Positions 1 to 12,087 of a stretch of DNA of 64,000 nucleotides are shown piece after piece. The position numbers and the translations under genes are program-made. Origin of the DNA: Botryllus schlosseri (taxonomy: Eukaryota); assembly GCA_051294905.1 (NCBI GenBank), contig CM119379.1:20398001-20462000 (forward strand). Reading direction: 5' to 3'. Position 1 is the stretch's first letter, and each line of letters starts with the position of its first letter. The notes under the pieces are model-generated. The model did no database searches. It was given only the letters and a program-made list of their open reading frames with translations, and was not told the DNA's origin.

Positions 1-174
1 AGCCATGAAATATAGTCATAGTCATAATTTACTAAATTATAATTGCTGTGAAGTAACTGGTATTATTTTCTTTGTGGTAGCAAAAAGGGACACATTTAAA
101 TCTATGAAGTTATTTATTCTGACATGACCTCATAATAGGGGACAGACATACACATACTTAAATACTCTACTCTA

Positions 175-1607
175 GGGGAGACCGGGGACAAATCGAACAA
201 TCGACCTCACCGCTCGTAGGATGGAGAAATCGCCTCCATATTTCGAGTGCACATGCGGTAGTTATGTCTCCTAATATACCTGAAGTTACGTTGAGCTACG
301 ACGCGAAACCCCGGAATAATTTGAAAAAAAAACGAAATTTTGGACACTTGAGTAAATCTTTTCTGGTCTGGAATAATTTGTTCAGAAGAATAATACCTCA
401 AGTGGTTGCAATGTAATATATGTAGCTGGACAAATGTTAAAGTCCACAGTGGTGATAGGAAAACTAGAACTTGCATCGCCGGGAAGGTACCATACTGAGA
501 CATTAATCATGGCCGAGCGTGTCAGGGGCAGTTGTATTGAAACACTCTGTTACTTTTTCCCCGTTACCATATCTTTTCAATGCTGAATATCTGTGTTCAG
601 ATGTTGGTAGAACCCTTATATGCTGCAGATGAATCTTGCAACAGCCAGAAGTTCAATACTAGAACAGACACTACCTTACCATACCAGATCTGACATGATC
701 CTCTGTCGGAACGTCCATACAGAAGTGGTTATGTGGATCTTAGGGTCCGGTTATTTCCGTGATTCTTCTACCCTAGCTCATGTTGGTCGACTTTTGGTGT
801 GTCGACCTTCAATGGTCACTTAAGAACTTGCCCATGACTGAATCTTCATCCCGACTTTTAGCATCGCCAACCTACATTTTGTCATTTGGTGTGAATAATT
901 GATTTTTAATTTTGTACAGAATAGAAGAATACCAATAGCGTTGATGCCGCACAATGTTGTGTCCTCAAATACACACAATCTGTGCATACTGCATATGCAC
1001 ACCATGAGTGCATGATGTGCATATGCCGCCAGACAAGGAAGGTGCAGATATAACCTTGGGCGGTTTTCTAAGTCTTGCACCTCCCTCCATGCTATACCAG
1101 TAATGCATGAGCGTCAAGCGGGCAAGTCAGGGATACCAGTGTTACTAATCGGGTCTTTGGCCTGACCCGGCTGGGGATCGAAGCCACGACCTACCGATCA
1201 AGGAGCCGGACGCTTCATCATTACGCTATCTTGTCGGTAGCCTGGAGGAGTCGGCGTAGTCTGGAGCAGTTCAAACTTTTTTTTTAGTTTAATGCAATAA
1301 TGCAATTTGAGTTCCCGTTTTTATTGTTCATTTTATTTGTTTTTAGTTATAAATAACACTGTTATACTTGCCCCGCATGCGCGTTACAATTGCCCCTGGG
1401 TTTGGGCGATTGTAACATTTTCGCGACGATTGTCGCGACCCAAAATCTCCATGATTGATTGTTGACTGAGTTCCGCTTCAGTTTTTATATCAACTATCGG
1501 GTTGCTGGCTTCTTTATATAAAAGTTCTAGTGGAAATAAAATATCCACGAGAGACACACATAATGTTTGAAAATACAAAAAGTGTTACAATTGTCACCGG
1601 TCTCCCC
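175..1607. mobile_element. Non-autonomous TIR DNA transposon flanked by TA (Tc1/mariner-pogo-like), carrying a nested SINE
   Basis: Left end GGGGAGACCGGGGACAAATCGAACA (175-) matches the reverse complement of the right end, GGGGAGACCGGTGACAATTGTAACA (-1607), at 21/25. TA on both sides (173-174, 1608-1609). No transposase recognised inside. Confidence 0.6.
1040..1242 (-). mobile_element. tRNA-derived SINE (3' boundary uncertain)
   Basis: Minus strand begins GGCTACCGACAAGATAGCGTAATGATGAAGCG (A-box-like), then GGTCGTGGCTTCGATCCCCAGCC (B-box-like), then the body GGTCAGGCCAAAGAC...TGGTATCCCTGACTTGCCCGCTTGACGCTCATGCATTA. No CCA or acceptor stem. A degenerate second copy lies at about 7400-7432. Confidence 0.65.
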
Positions 1608-1617
1608 TACACTTAAT

Positions 1618-3230
1618 CAGACTTGTACGAACTACTCACTGGGTTAGTTGACGGTAAACTAACTAACATTTTTTGAGTACTTTTAGTTCTAGTTGCCAAT
1701 TTTTTTACAATTGAGTAGTTCTATATGCGGATACTGAATAGTGCGTAGTTAGTATCAGTATCAGTTCATTAATATTTTCATTATTTCAAAACACCACAAA
1801 ACTGCGATACAATGAAAAGATAGGAAGATGTCGAAACGACTTGGAGTAGTCTTGGAGATCAGACACCCACCTTGTCCAAGGCGAATTAGAGAAGATGCAT
1901 GCACATTGCACACTGAAAAGTAATGAAAAGTAAAGCAGAGAATATAAAACGCAAGTGACAAAATGAGGTGGCATGTGGCGGAAGGCGAGATCGATGGTAG
2001 GTCGTGGCAATCCCGGTAATCCTGAAGGCTGACTAGTATTCATTTAGAAGAAATTGCTTGTATTTCGTCTTGAATGCAGACATGCTCGACGACTGTCGGA
2101 TAGCCGACGAGATGCTGTTCTAGGAATGCATTACCACAACACATCCGTGAATTGCCTCATAATAGATTTAAAAAAATACCTGCTGATTTACCTGTTGTCG
2201 TCATATTAACACTGTTACCCTACCTCGCCCAAACATTGTTCCATTGATCATTTGCTGCTACCATCGTTTAATTTTTCTTTTTTCTTTTCCTTTTTTAACT
2301 AACATTTTACGGCCAGACTAGAAACAGGTGTACCTGTTTGATGCGGGTGTGACTAGTTAACCTTCAAGGTAGTATCGGTCACTCCTATCTGATAGGCTAC
2401 CGAGGCTACTGCGCAAAGTGCATGTGCATTGTGCATGCATATTTTCCGTACCTTCATCATTGCCGTCTGTTTGTTATGTATTTTGATTGGATGAAAAGGA
2501 TAAAGATGCAGATTTTGAAAATTAAGTAATTCTAGTTTCACATTTGAAAAATAAAACACTAGTTGCGAACAACTAGAAAGCACGTGTCGTTGTTTTGAGT
2601 GAATCGAGAAAACGGTGTTCTGCTGTGTGATGTTCTTGCAGCCATTGCTAGCACAGAGCCATCACTACTAACAGTGGCGTAGCCTGCGGGTGGGTTTTGG
2701 GGTCGAAATCTCTTCCATTTCAAACTCGAAAGAGTCGAAACCCCGTCCTTTTGAAATATCGATTCTATGTATGATATTACCGATAATATAGAAATATATG
2801 TGTTGCCCAGGAGAGTGTGATCCAGTTCAGTACGGTTCTTGACATTCAATGACTTGGAAAACCCTACGCCAGAGGTGAGCAATTAATTTTCTGAGAATGA
2901 GAAGCAGGAATACGTTGACAGGCCAAGGCAAAAGTTTGCACTATATTCTGTGATGTAGCCTATTAATTTTATAAGTCGTAAGTTCTAGTTGCAGGTTTTG
3001 AAAAGTGAGTAGTTCTAGTTCTAGTTCTAGAAGTTGCGCATTTTGAAATGTGAGTATAGTTCAACTTTTAGTTCTAGTTACGAGTTCAAAAAAGGAGTAG
3101 TTCTATAGTTCCAGTTATAGTTGTGGATTCTGAAAATTAAGTAGTTTTAGTTTCAGTTCTACTTACGAGTTTTAAAAATTGAGTAGTTCTAGTCGTACTT
3201 TTTGATAATCCAGTAGTTTGTACAAGTCTG
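1618..3230. mobile_element. hAT-like non-autonomous element with AGTTCT(A)-rich subterminal repeats
   Basis: TIR CAGACTTGTAC(G/A)AACTACT at both ends. Flanks CACTTAAT / AACTCAAT (6/8, degenerate TSD). Many agttct/agtagtt motifs at 1680-1720 and 2980-3195. Confidence 0.65.
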
Positions 3231-3438
3231 AACTCAATGCTCGAATCGGAATAGGATTACCAAGGTATTCGATTTTTTCCAATTCTAGTCGCGATGAAAT
3301 GTACTTGAGTCACAGGCTAACCTGAGTACGAAAGGGAAGATCACGATCATCTTATACGTGTTTATTATTACGAGAATATACTGACCATGCCCATATATTA
3401 GCCGGCTCATCAGTACAAAATATGAACTGGTTACTTAC

Positions 3439-3784
3439 TCGGGGTGCATTTCAAGCTGATCGAGTTTTGCCAACATTGCATCATCTACATCCCATATTTC
3501 ACCTTCAATATTCTAAGAATTTAACAGACATATTTACTTGTCATTTTAAATTAGGTATCCAATTAGAATACATCCGTCTGTACAATGCTATATTCAGTTA
3601 CCTGACCGTCACCAGCTTCATCAAGAACAAATGGTATCCCGAAATCAGGTTCAATGGCCATCGGGAATTTCTGCAACGTAACCCCGTCATCAATATACTT
3701 CGACGTGCCGATTTGCTTGTCCTGCAATAGGTTATTATTCGGCTGCCCTCGCTTCAAAGTCCCGTAAACAAAAACTCTATTCAT
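3439..3784 (-). CDS. GGACT: Gamma-glutamylaminecyclotransferase, paralogue 1 (exons 1-2 only; exon 3 not found in window)
   Basis: Exon 1 3784-3602 encodes MNRVFVYGTLKRGQPNNNLL...FGIPFVLDEAGDGQ. Exon 2 3512-3439 encodes NIEGEIWDVDDAMLAKLDQLEMHP. GT-AG introns. YGTL motif, GE(I/V)W and the catalytic Glu region LDxLExHP are present. Intron positions are identical to paralogue 2. Confidence 0.85.
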
Positions 3785-4251
3785 GTTGCATGTACTGTAC
3801 AGTCGTACACTGCCTGTTATTTCTCTGAAAATTCTATGTATGAATGCACGGCAGCACGAATTTTCGCCAGCTCAATCCGAGAACGTAATCTACATAACAT
3901 TCCTTCAGCGTACCAGTTCAATAGCCTAAAAAGCCTATCTACGGCATGATGACAAACTTCCCTACAGTTATGCGCGATGCACGTTGAACGGCTACGCGAT
4001 GACACTACAGATCATTTCCCGCTCTCATCGTGATAGTTGCGTTGTGACTATACTGTTTACATAGCTCAAGGCTTGTAACTTGTCAGTGGCGATGTGATAA
4101 TGCACTATTGTCGCCGGGGTCTCTCCAGCGACCACAAGCGAGAAGATTTTTCGTAGATATATATCATCATTGTAAATGAATACCTATATTTCCATCGATT
4201 CCGGCTGCCGTTGTCATGGTGACATTTACCAATGCTCAATTGCTCATTTAC

Positions 4252-4649
4252 CTATAGATAACTAACTAGGTTAGTTATCTATAATTTACCATAATCGTTA
4301 GCGGCGGCCACAATCTGCAAGCAATGGCGCAGCACAATGACCATAACAACGGTCCTGCGTGGTTGCGATTGTTTGGAACAATGCCGATTTCCGGACTTTG
4401 AAGGCTATTTCGGGGTGGTTCCATTGCCTTGATGAAAGTTTAATGTATATTGTTAGAATAAACGCGACTGTAGCTTTCAAATAAGATCTACTTTATTTAA
4501 TTAGAGCGCTCGGGTCGTCATCTATGGGATTAGCAATTACGTTGCCGTTTCATGCTGTGAAGCGACAACAAATCTGCCGTTGTCGCATCTCTCGACCGTG
4601 AATTACGTGTTGCGCATCTATCCGTAGGTTAGTTAATAGTTATCTATAG
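4252..4649. mobile_element. MITE with 13-bp TIR and an internal palindrome at the left end
   Basis: CTATAGATAACTA (4252-4264) / TAGTTATCTATAG (4637-4649). The left end is itself a 14-bp-stem hairpin (4253-4283). Confidence 0.5.
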
Positions 4650-4660
4650 TGATCTTAAAC

Positions 4661-5717
4661 CAGGGGTGGGCAAAATTTTGGGCTCGCGGGCCGCATTCAA
4701 CATCTGAATCCATTCGCGGGCCGCACTATATAAAATTGGGATTATAAACTAAAACGCAATATCGGCATTTGATTATATAGTGAGGACATGGAGATAATAT
4801 ATGTGCTTATTTAAAACAAACCAAACATTGCTCTGATGATACCGTACACGCGTCAGAAACATAGTGGCGAGATTTCATAGGCTGGTCGACCACAATAACC
4901 AATTAGTCAAAACTATAGCAATGAAATTTGGTGTCCCGATTCTTAGAACAGGATTGAAATTTCTGAGCAGCGATCTGTTCATAGATTTACTAACTCCGCT
5001 TTTGTTCAATTCCAGGACACACAATGCAGGGATATCTAGAAACTCTAGAGTTTCTAGATATACTATCCCTGACACAATGCTGACAGCATCATAACCATGT
5101 TAGCGTCAAATACGCTTCTAGTAGGCCTATGTGTAGATAAAATATAAATACCCCGAATTATGGCAATCGCTTATGATTACTGTGATGTTTAGCAGTGGAA
5201 ACCTTTAAAATTGCGTGGGCCTTGAGATCGGGCTGTTGCGACAGAAATTAAACATAAAAAATAATATAGGAAGTATTTACCTCAGAAAAGTGGTTCTCCA
5301 ACTTTTTAAGACACGCCCCCCCCCCCTTATGATGGTGAAAGATTTCGCCCCCCCCCCCCCCCCCCCGCCCCTTATCTTCATATCACAAAACGCAACCAGG
5401 ATGCTAGCAAACGGATAGTTTGGTGACACGGAAGGTTACGACTGTGGATGAGAGATGTTAGGCTAAAGTAAGAAATTCAGACTAAATACAGAGCAATAAT
5501 ATTACATGCGCACCCCAGTTTGAGAACCACTGTCTTAAAATTATCATGGTGAAATATACTAAGAAAAGGTTTAATCAAGTCCCTGCAATAATTCGATTTT
5601 TAGTACCGGTACGCATTTTATCAATATTATTTTAAAGTTTCAATGGACACTCGTGGGCCGCACATAATGATGTTGCGGGCCGCATGCGGCCCGCGGGCTG
5701 TAGTTTGCCCACCCCTG
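4661..5717. mobile_element. hAT (Charlie/Buster-like) MITE with nested insertions
   Basis: Perfect 14-bp TIR CAGGGGTGGGCAAA / TTTGCCCACCCCTG. TSD TCTTAAAC / TCTTAAAG (7/8). GCGGGCCGC subterminal motifs. Confidence 0.85.
5027..5071. mobile_element. 45-bp palindromic hAT-type micro-element
   Basis: CAGGGATATCTAGAAACTCTAGAGTTTCTAGATATACTATCCCTG, a perfect 40-bp palindrome plus a 5-nt insert. Perfect 8-bp TSD ACACAATG on both sides. Confidence 0.8.
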
Positions 5718-7851
5718 TCTTAAAGGCTACTCCAAGTTGTTTCGAGACCTTCCTATCTTTTCATTGTATCGCAGTCTTGTGATGTTTTGAAATGATGAAA
5801 ATATGAATAAAAACTGATACTAATATTTTATCTTTTCATTTGAAAAGAGATGACCTATATGGGATGCAAATTTTCACTTTTAGCAAAACACTTTTGACGA
5901 ACAAAATCCACCATTTCCAATGGCCTCGAGCACCTTGGAAGTCTCGAGGTTTGCTAGAGAAATTATCGCACCAGGCTTTCGAGTATCTTGTAGGATGCTC
6001 AGTACGTCGATGACGATCTACTGCGTGTAAATCCGCGGGTGTGAAAATAGGTGCATTCATCAGATTTTCACCATTACCACAAGTTTACCGTACCATAGGT
6101 TTACCATAGGTTTACGATACCATTTTACCATTTTGAGAATAGGCTATGTCCTATGAAATTTTGGTTAAATGAATGTGAAAGCTGCGGACTGAGATATAGG
6201 AAATTTGACCTTTTTTTAGTCAACCAACTGTAAACTCGGAGTAAATTTACCATTTTCCGGATTTTTTTCTGGTAAAAAAAGTCTGAAAATGTAGAAAATA
6301 TGTCCTCTTTTAAGATTTTCAAATTACGGCACTTTCAGGCGCCAAAGAGTGCTTTCACACCTATTCCGGGGGTGTAAATGAGTCAAATACACCAATTTTT
6401 ACGGAGATTACTATTATAATGTTATTTATTTGGAAAATGAAAAAGAGTGGCAATTCACCCAGCTCTTTAAATAAACCGACTACAACTCATGTACAAATTC
6501 TATCACATATTTCAAAATGTTTAGTTCTGACGGTAGCTCAACGATGAGAAAATATGTTCGTATACGGGCACAAGCATAGCGTACCAATGGTCTGTGAAAT
6601 CCATGCAAGGGAGAGAAAAAGACCCGATGAAAGAGCGCACTCACAAGGAATGCAAAGAGCGAGAAAGAGCCATGGAATAGATACTAACATCGAAAAAGGA
6701 ACTGTGAAATCAGGCACAGGCCGAAAGCGGATGCCAGTTTAAGAGATCGCTATTGCGCGGCAATTGGTCGTTCGGCAATTCGGCATCCTCCTATATGTTA
6801 ATTACATTGCATTGTGTCTTATAGCATTGTACATTGTGTGTGTTTTGTTCAGATGAAAATATGATCAGACGATTATTATTTCATGACAAAATTCTTACTA
6901 CCCACGCTATGGTGGAAATCTGATAAATTCGCCGATTTTTGCACCGATGGATTTACAGTGCGATCGCACGTCTATCATGCATCCCGTTATTTGGAATTGG
7001 CACGTTATTTAGATTCCTTCTCATCTATTCACTGTATCTCATTGTTGTGGTGTTTGAAACTGAACTGAATAGAATTGGTACGGTACGATTGGATTGTGGC
7101 GAAAAGCACGGAACGAAGTTACGGTACAGTATTTTCGCCCAGTTTTGTACGGTACGAAATTACGATATTGTTATTCGATCTGTATTATAATGCAGATTGC
7201 AGTTGCGTTGAATGCCGAGGCAATTTCATCGACTGCGTAAAGAATTGCTATGCTAGTCTATTTTACTATGGAATTGAGTCAACACCACTAATCCACGATG
7301 GACTATTCCCTCTCCACGCAATCCCGGTGTGCTCAGACGCAGTTCAGTTCAATTCAGTCCAGCCCATTATTTCGATTTAGTATAAGATCCTATTATAATG
7401 GTCTGACCCAGTTGGGAATGAAACCACGACCTATACCGCGCAAGAAGCTGAGATCTCCACCATCTCGTCAAAATCTGACTTGTCCGGTCACGTGACAGCT
7501 CAAGTCACGTGACAGCTTAGAAGTTCTAGATATCCCTGGTCGTATGTCAAAGCCCGATTAGTTTTCCTGGTCCAAATTGACTTTAACCACTCGAATATAG
7601 TTTAATACTTTTTTGATATTTGAGAACAGCACACCCAATACGACAAGTAATACTATACCAAGACCTGAAGCCAAAATTCCGTCACCAGCAAAAAAGTGTT
7701 TGAATATACATCCAAAGCCGAGACAGACACTACATCGCGATCAACGTTGAGATAAATGAAATGAATTTTATATGTAATCTGTAATAATGAAACGTAAAAT
7801 TACCCATGGCGATGCGAAACGGAATAGGAAGGACGTGAAGGGGCTCCCAGC

Positions 7852-8674
7852 TTACTTTTTGAACGACCATGGGTCAAAATCCTTCATTTTATCACCGCGT
7901 GCAGCATATCTGGATCCACTAAATTTCGCTATGAAGTCGCACGATAAGAGTTTGGGATTAAAATCGCACAAAATATATATCCAGCATGTCGTTGTCGTCT
8001 TGCCACCCTGGCCTTCTGGCATGGTAACCTCCTTCTGAAATCTGGTGTACCAACTGTATAGGAAAAAAGATAGGTAAATGTTGATGTTTTCATTTTTCGA
8101 TAGGTTCTGAGGGCATATTCAGGCCTCAGAAATGTGGACACACGAAATGAAAAGTATATGTCTCAGCATTTTTGTAATGTCGAGGTATTGACACTTTCTA
8201 TTTGAGGGAAAGTGGTTTGTCTATAAATGCCCGATTTACGCAACAGCATTGCCAATCGGGGGAAATTATGGCCTATTAGAAATCTAACCGAGCGCTATAT
8301 TACACACATGATTTATGATTTAATAGCCAATTAACCAATATATATATATTTATACATACTCCGGGTGCATTTCTAGTCGATCTAATTTTTTCAACATCGC
8401 ATTGTCAACGTCCCATATTTCTCCTTCGACGTTCTATGAAAACTCTGCGTTATTAAAATATATATATATACGGACTGGATGGAGTTTATACCTTTCCTTG
8501 CCCAGAGCTGTTGAGAACGAATGGTATTCCGAAATCGGTATCTACGACCAATGGATATTGTTCTGCAGTTAATCCTTCTGCGACATATACAGCTTTACCG
8601 TTTTGTTCGTCCTCCAATAAACCATGATTCGGTAGTCCTCGTTTCAATGTTCCGTACAGAAATACTCTGTTCAT
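7852..8674 (-). CDS. GGACT: Gamma-glutamylaminecyclotransferase, paralogue 2 (complete, 152 aa)
   Basis: Exons 8674-8492, 8433-8360 and 8053-7852 (459 nt, phases 0 and 2, all GT-AG). Protein MNRVFLYGTLKRGLPNHGLL...NVEGEIWDVDNAMLKKLDRLEMHPDWYTRFQKEV...TCWIYILCDFNPKLL...DPWSFKK*. Confidence 0.92.
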
Positions 8675-9754
8675 CGCGCTAGGCTTTCAAATTTCGACGA
8701 CGACTTTATTGGTTGCACGGATGCGTGTACCGTTAGTCGGTCATGTATTACTGCTCACCCTGTCTCTGCAAACTACACAACTGCGCTATATTGAAGGCGT
8801 GCTCTGATAAGCAAATAAGTATTGTTTGTCTAGATTCATTTGAGTTTGCGTGTATTTAGTTTGCTGTAGCAGATTCTGCGGCCATCGGGTTTGTGCTCGT
8901 CAGATAGCTCACTCAGATCTCAAGAATTCGAATCACTTAGTCAAATGGACACAAAGTGCCGCGTTGTCCTACGTACGTTTACGTACCGGCGGATGGCTAT
9001 AGCAATATCATTAGTCAATATCCAACTAGAAGCGACATCAGACGCACAAGCTACTCCTGCGTATATTCTTCACTAAATATGTCAAAATCAATATCACCTT
9101 CAGAGTTGATGGATGCTGGAAAGCAATAAATGTATGGTGTGAATTTTTTTACTCTGCTGACTTGAAGAATATGACCAACTTTGTTTAATTTTTTTGGAGA
9201 CCGGGATTAAAATGTGGAAATATGGTAGCCATCGGCGTATACCCGATTCTATATGACGTCACATATATGTATAACGTGACGAGAGATTTTGATGAAGATT
9301 TTTCGAAGCGTTATTCTATTAGCTAAAAATTTTGTTCAAAATAATACTTATTAAATCGGAGCTCACAGAAGTCTATCGGAAGATGGCTTTCACTGGTTTA
9401 GTATTAGTATCATCTTTCACTAATTAACAATCATCGAATATTGATCTTTTGTTATATGTTCAGCCGGTATGCGAAAAAAGTAGGCCTAATCAAACACAAT
9501 CTGCCTGCCTATTTGATTACGTTTTGGCATGCAGATGCTAAGTTATAATAGTGATAAAAGTAGGCTACAATACACATTTTAAGCTATTCAGAATACATCT
9601 ACTTTTTTAGACCTAGCTCCCGATAAATTCATGCTCGCATCATTGCTTATTTCCGTAACATAAGTGAGATTTTGACTTCAAAATTAGGCAAGGAATATGT
9701 GTTTTGAAGAGCATTTTATTATCCTTTTCAAATTACCTTTCCCACAGGATACTT

Positions 9755-9853
9755 ACAAATGGGTCCCCCGTGATGTGCCACCATTCAACCATGGACCTTC
9801 TCGTCGAAATTTAAACCGTCCGGATCGCTGATATTCATCTTGTCATCATATTT
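9755..9853 (-). pseudogene. Degenerate fragment of the last exon of a DFPase-like paralogue
   Basis: Minus strand reads KYDDKMNISDPDGLNFDEKVHG*MVAHHGG versus KYDNEMNIGGPDGMDFDEKGRLLVAHHGG in the gene at 12380-12290. It has an in-frame stop and a downstream 1-nt deletion, and abuts the MITE at 9867. Confidence 0.7.
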
Positions 9854-9866
9854 AATGTGATATAGG

Positions 9867-10293
9867 TAGGGTTGCATTAAAAAAAATGATTGTTTAAAGT
9901 ACTTTGTTTAAAACATGTTTTAAACAGTGTTTTAAACAAAGGCTTTAAAATGTGTTTTTTAAGTTGTATAATTATGCCATAATTGTGTGAATACTTTCTA
10001 AAAACACGTCGTGTGTGCCTACTGACGACTACCACCCGATGAGACGACGTATATACGATATGGGATGGTTGGAACCCTCAAAATAGTCCGTTCAACAGCT
10101 AAAGTAGGCTACGCATAGATAGGCTATTTCGTCAAAGGAGCTATATATCTTCAACTTTCAATGTCAATCCACAATGGCATCACAATTGAATATTCGTGAC
10201 GCCATGGCTTTAGGAAAAAAAACGTGTTTTAAACAAGGGCCTTGTTTTAAACATCTTTGTTTTAAATTGATTTTAGTTTTAAATGCAACCCTA
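9867..10293. mobile_element. hAT MITE with GTTTTAAAC subterminal repeats
   Basis: TIR TAGGGTTGCATT / AATGCAACCCTA. TSD GATATAGG / CATATAGG (7/8). Confidence 0.85.
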
Positions 10294-10442
10294 CATATAG
10301 GCCCTGCATAATATGCAAACTAATCGAAAGTTATATTTGATATCTAATGCGGCTGCGGGAAGAAAACATTTGTCTAATCTCGGCTATATCTGCCTATTGA
10401 TAAATTCGTTAATCCTGTGTCAAATGCGACGATGCTCTAAGT

Positions 10443-11673
10443 CAGGGGTTCTCAACCCGCGGCCCGCGGCCCGCATGCGGCCGCAGACGATTATTTTGCG
10501 GCCCGCGACATCTTTCAGTAGGAACGCAATTACAACTGGCACGGTATTGTTATGGATGACCGATGTGTCACATGTGTCGAAGAACAGTTGTTGTAACGAA
10601 GCGTAGAACCTTAAAATGGTACCACGATAGTTTCTTCTGGAGTTGTACTGCCTGATCTGGGAGAAAACGTTGCTAGCTAGGTTTCAAGCCCACCAATCCA
10701 TGTTGCGAGGCATTATTAAAATTGCCGAATACGTAACAGACGCATTGCTCATAATTGCTTGGAATATCGCTAAACCAAAGAATCTGTTAGAGAAGGTGTG
10801 ACTTCAATAAAACTTTAACGTACTGTGCGAATATTCGCTGTTTCCGGAACTTTGCAGCAAGTCCAACATCACCTGACAAATTTCGAAGCTAAATTGTCTG
10901 ATTCAACAGTCACCAGAAGAGTAACAGCAAAGACAGTCGATCTTTTATCGCATGTTCTGAAACACGTTTCCACGTAGACTACTTTAGCCTAGCATTGGAC
11001 GAATCCACCGACTGCACACACGTGGCATAGAAAATTATCCAAGTGCGTTTTATCAGACTGGACATATTTCCAGAGGAAATGCAGACGGGCAAACGTGGGG
11101 AGGGGACCAGTAAAAAAACATCAACTTTACAAAGCTGACTTCTGTAACTATTGGTGTAGGGCTCCAGCCATGGAAGGAAAGGAGAAGAGTTGATTGGTTT
11201 GCTCAGAAATGTCCCCGAACGCCTGACTTCTTCTGCTATCACTGCGAGCTCAAAGGGCTATTGGCCTCTGTTACGAAACAGTTACCGTAATTTTATACTT
11301 GCTCGCTCACGCATTGAAACAGAGAGTTCGGTTCTCTTGTGGAAGGTTTGAAGCAGGGATATCTAGAACTATAGGAGTCCTAGATATCCCTGGGTTGAAG
11401 GTGCAGACACCGACTTGGCAACGTATGCAATGTACGCTCCATGAAGGGATTTACTTGCGCCACTGGAAGTTAGATATTCTCACAAAAAACAGTAACTGCA
11501 ATGTTCCATAATGCATAAAAATGTACTAAATGCCCGTATAAGACTGGTAATGGGGCTATAGTAGCCTAAATTGAATAGTAGCCCGCAAATACATGGTGAT
11601 AATGTTCTGCGGCCCGCAGCCTCTTTCGCTGTTAAAATGTGGCCCGTTATACGAGGGAAGTTGAGAACCCCTG
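10443..11673 (+). mobile_element. Internally deleted Buster-type hAT transposon with decayed transposase
   Basis: Perfect 14-bp TIR CAGGGGTTCTCAAC / GTTGAGAACCCCTG. Perfect TSD CTCTAAGT with central TA. Plus-strand relic peptides LSDSTVTRRV (10894-10923) and FSLALDESTD (10983-11012) are typical of GTF2IRD2/ZBED5/SPIN-like transposases. Confidence 0.9.
11354..11392. mobile_element. 39-bp palindromic hAT-type micro-element nested in the Buster derivative
   Basis: CAGGGATATCTAGAACTATAGGAGTCCTAGATATCCCTG, with a perfect 13-bp TIR. TSD GTTTGAAG / GGTTGAAG (7/8). Confidence 0.8.
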
Positions 11674-12087
11674 CTCTAAGTCAATGTTTCACTTTTTCAG
11701 TCACCAACTACCTGTTTTCCCCGGCTCCTCATCGCTGATCTCATTCCAGCACATGCATATGTGCCTAGGCAGATAATGTGAACCGAGCTGCGGAGCCGAC
11801 GACAGCAAAACACAGATCAGGACTCGTGGATCCGCAGAGAACGATGACGAAAGGAATCGTCAACGAACGGAAGTCGTCCGAAAAAGCATTGATCTATAAA
11901 CAGTAGCCTACATTATCCAAGCCCTTGGCACAAAATGACAAAGTGTGTGTGTATGTGCGTGCACTGTACAATAAACGACAATCTGCTTTGCCCCGAACAC
12001 TCCATTCCTCCTGCTTATTCGACGCAAAGCAAATGTATTGAAGATTTATCGTATGTAATCACGAAGCATTTGTAGATATGATTTCAG

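Noticed and set aside
500-595. Possible missing GGACT paralogue-1 exon 3 (YSALKRYGNGEKVTECF...)
   Set aside because: Weak acceptor, only vague similarity to paralogue 2 exon 3, early stop, and it lies inside the TA-flanked element.
1170-1242. tRNA gene
   Set aside because: A/B-box-like motifs are present, but there is no acceptor stem or cloverleaf and the sequence continues into a SINE body.
2559-2882. 107-aa ORF with a WD40-like phrase (SSDGSVLAMAA)
   Set aside because: Starts at TTG directly after a stop, lies inside the 1618-3230 transposon and overlaps a CAGTGGCGTAGCC MITE-like end. No further WD repeats.
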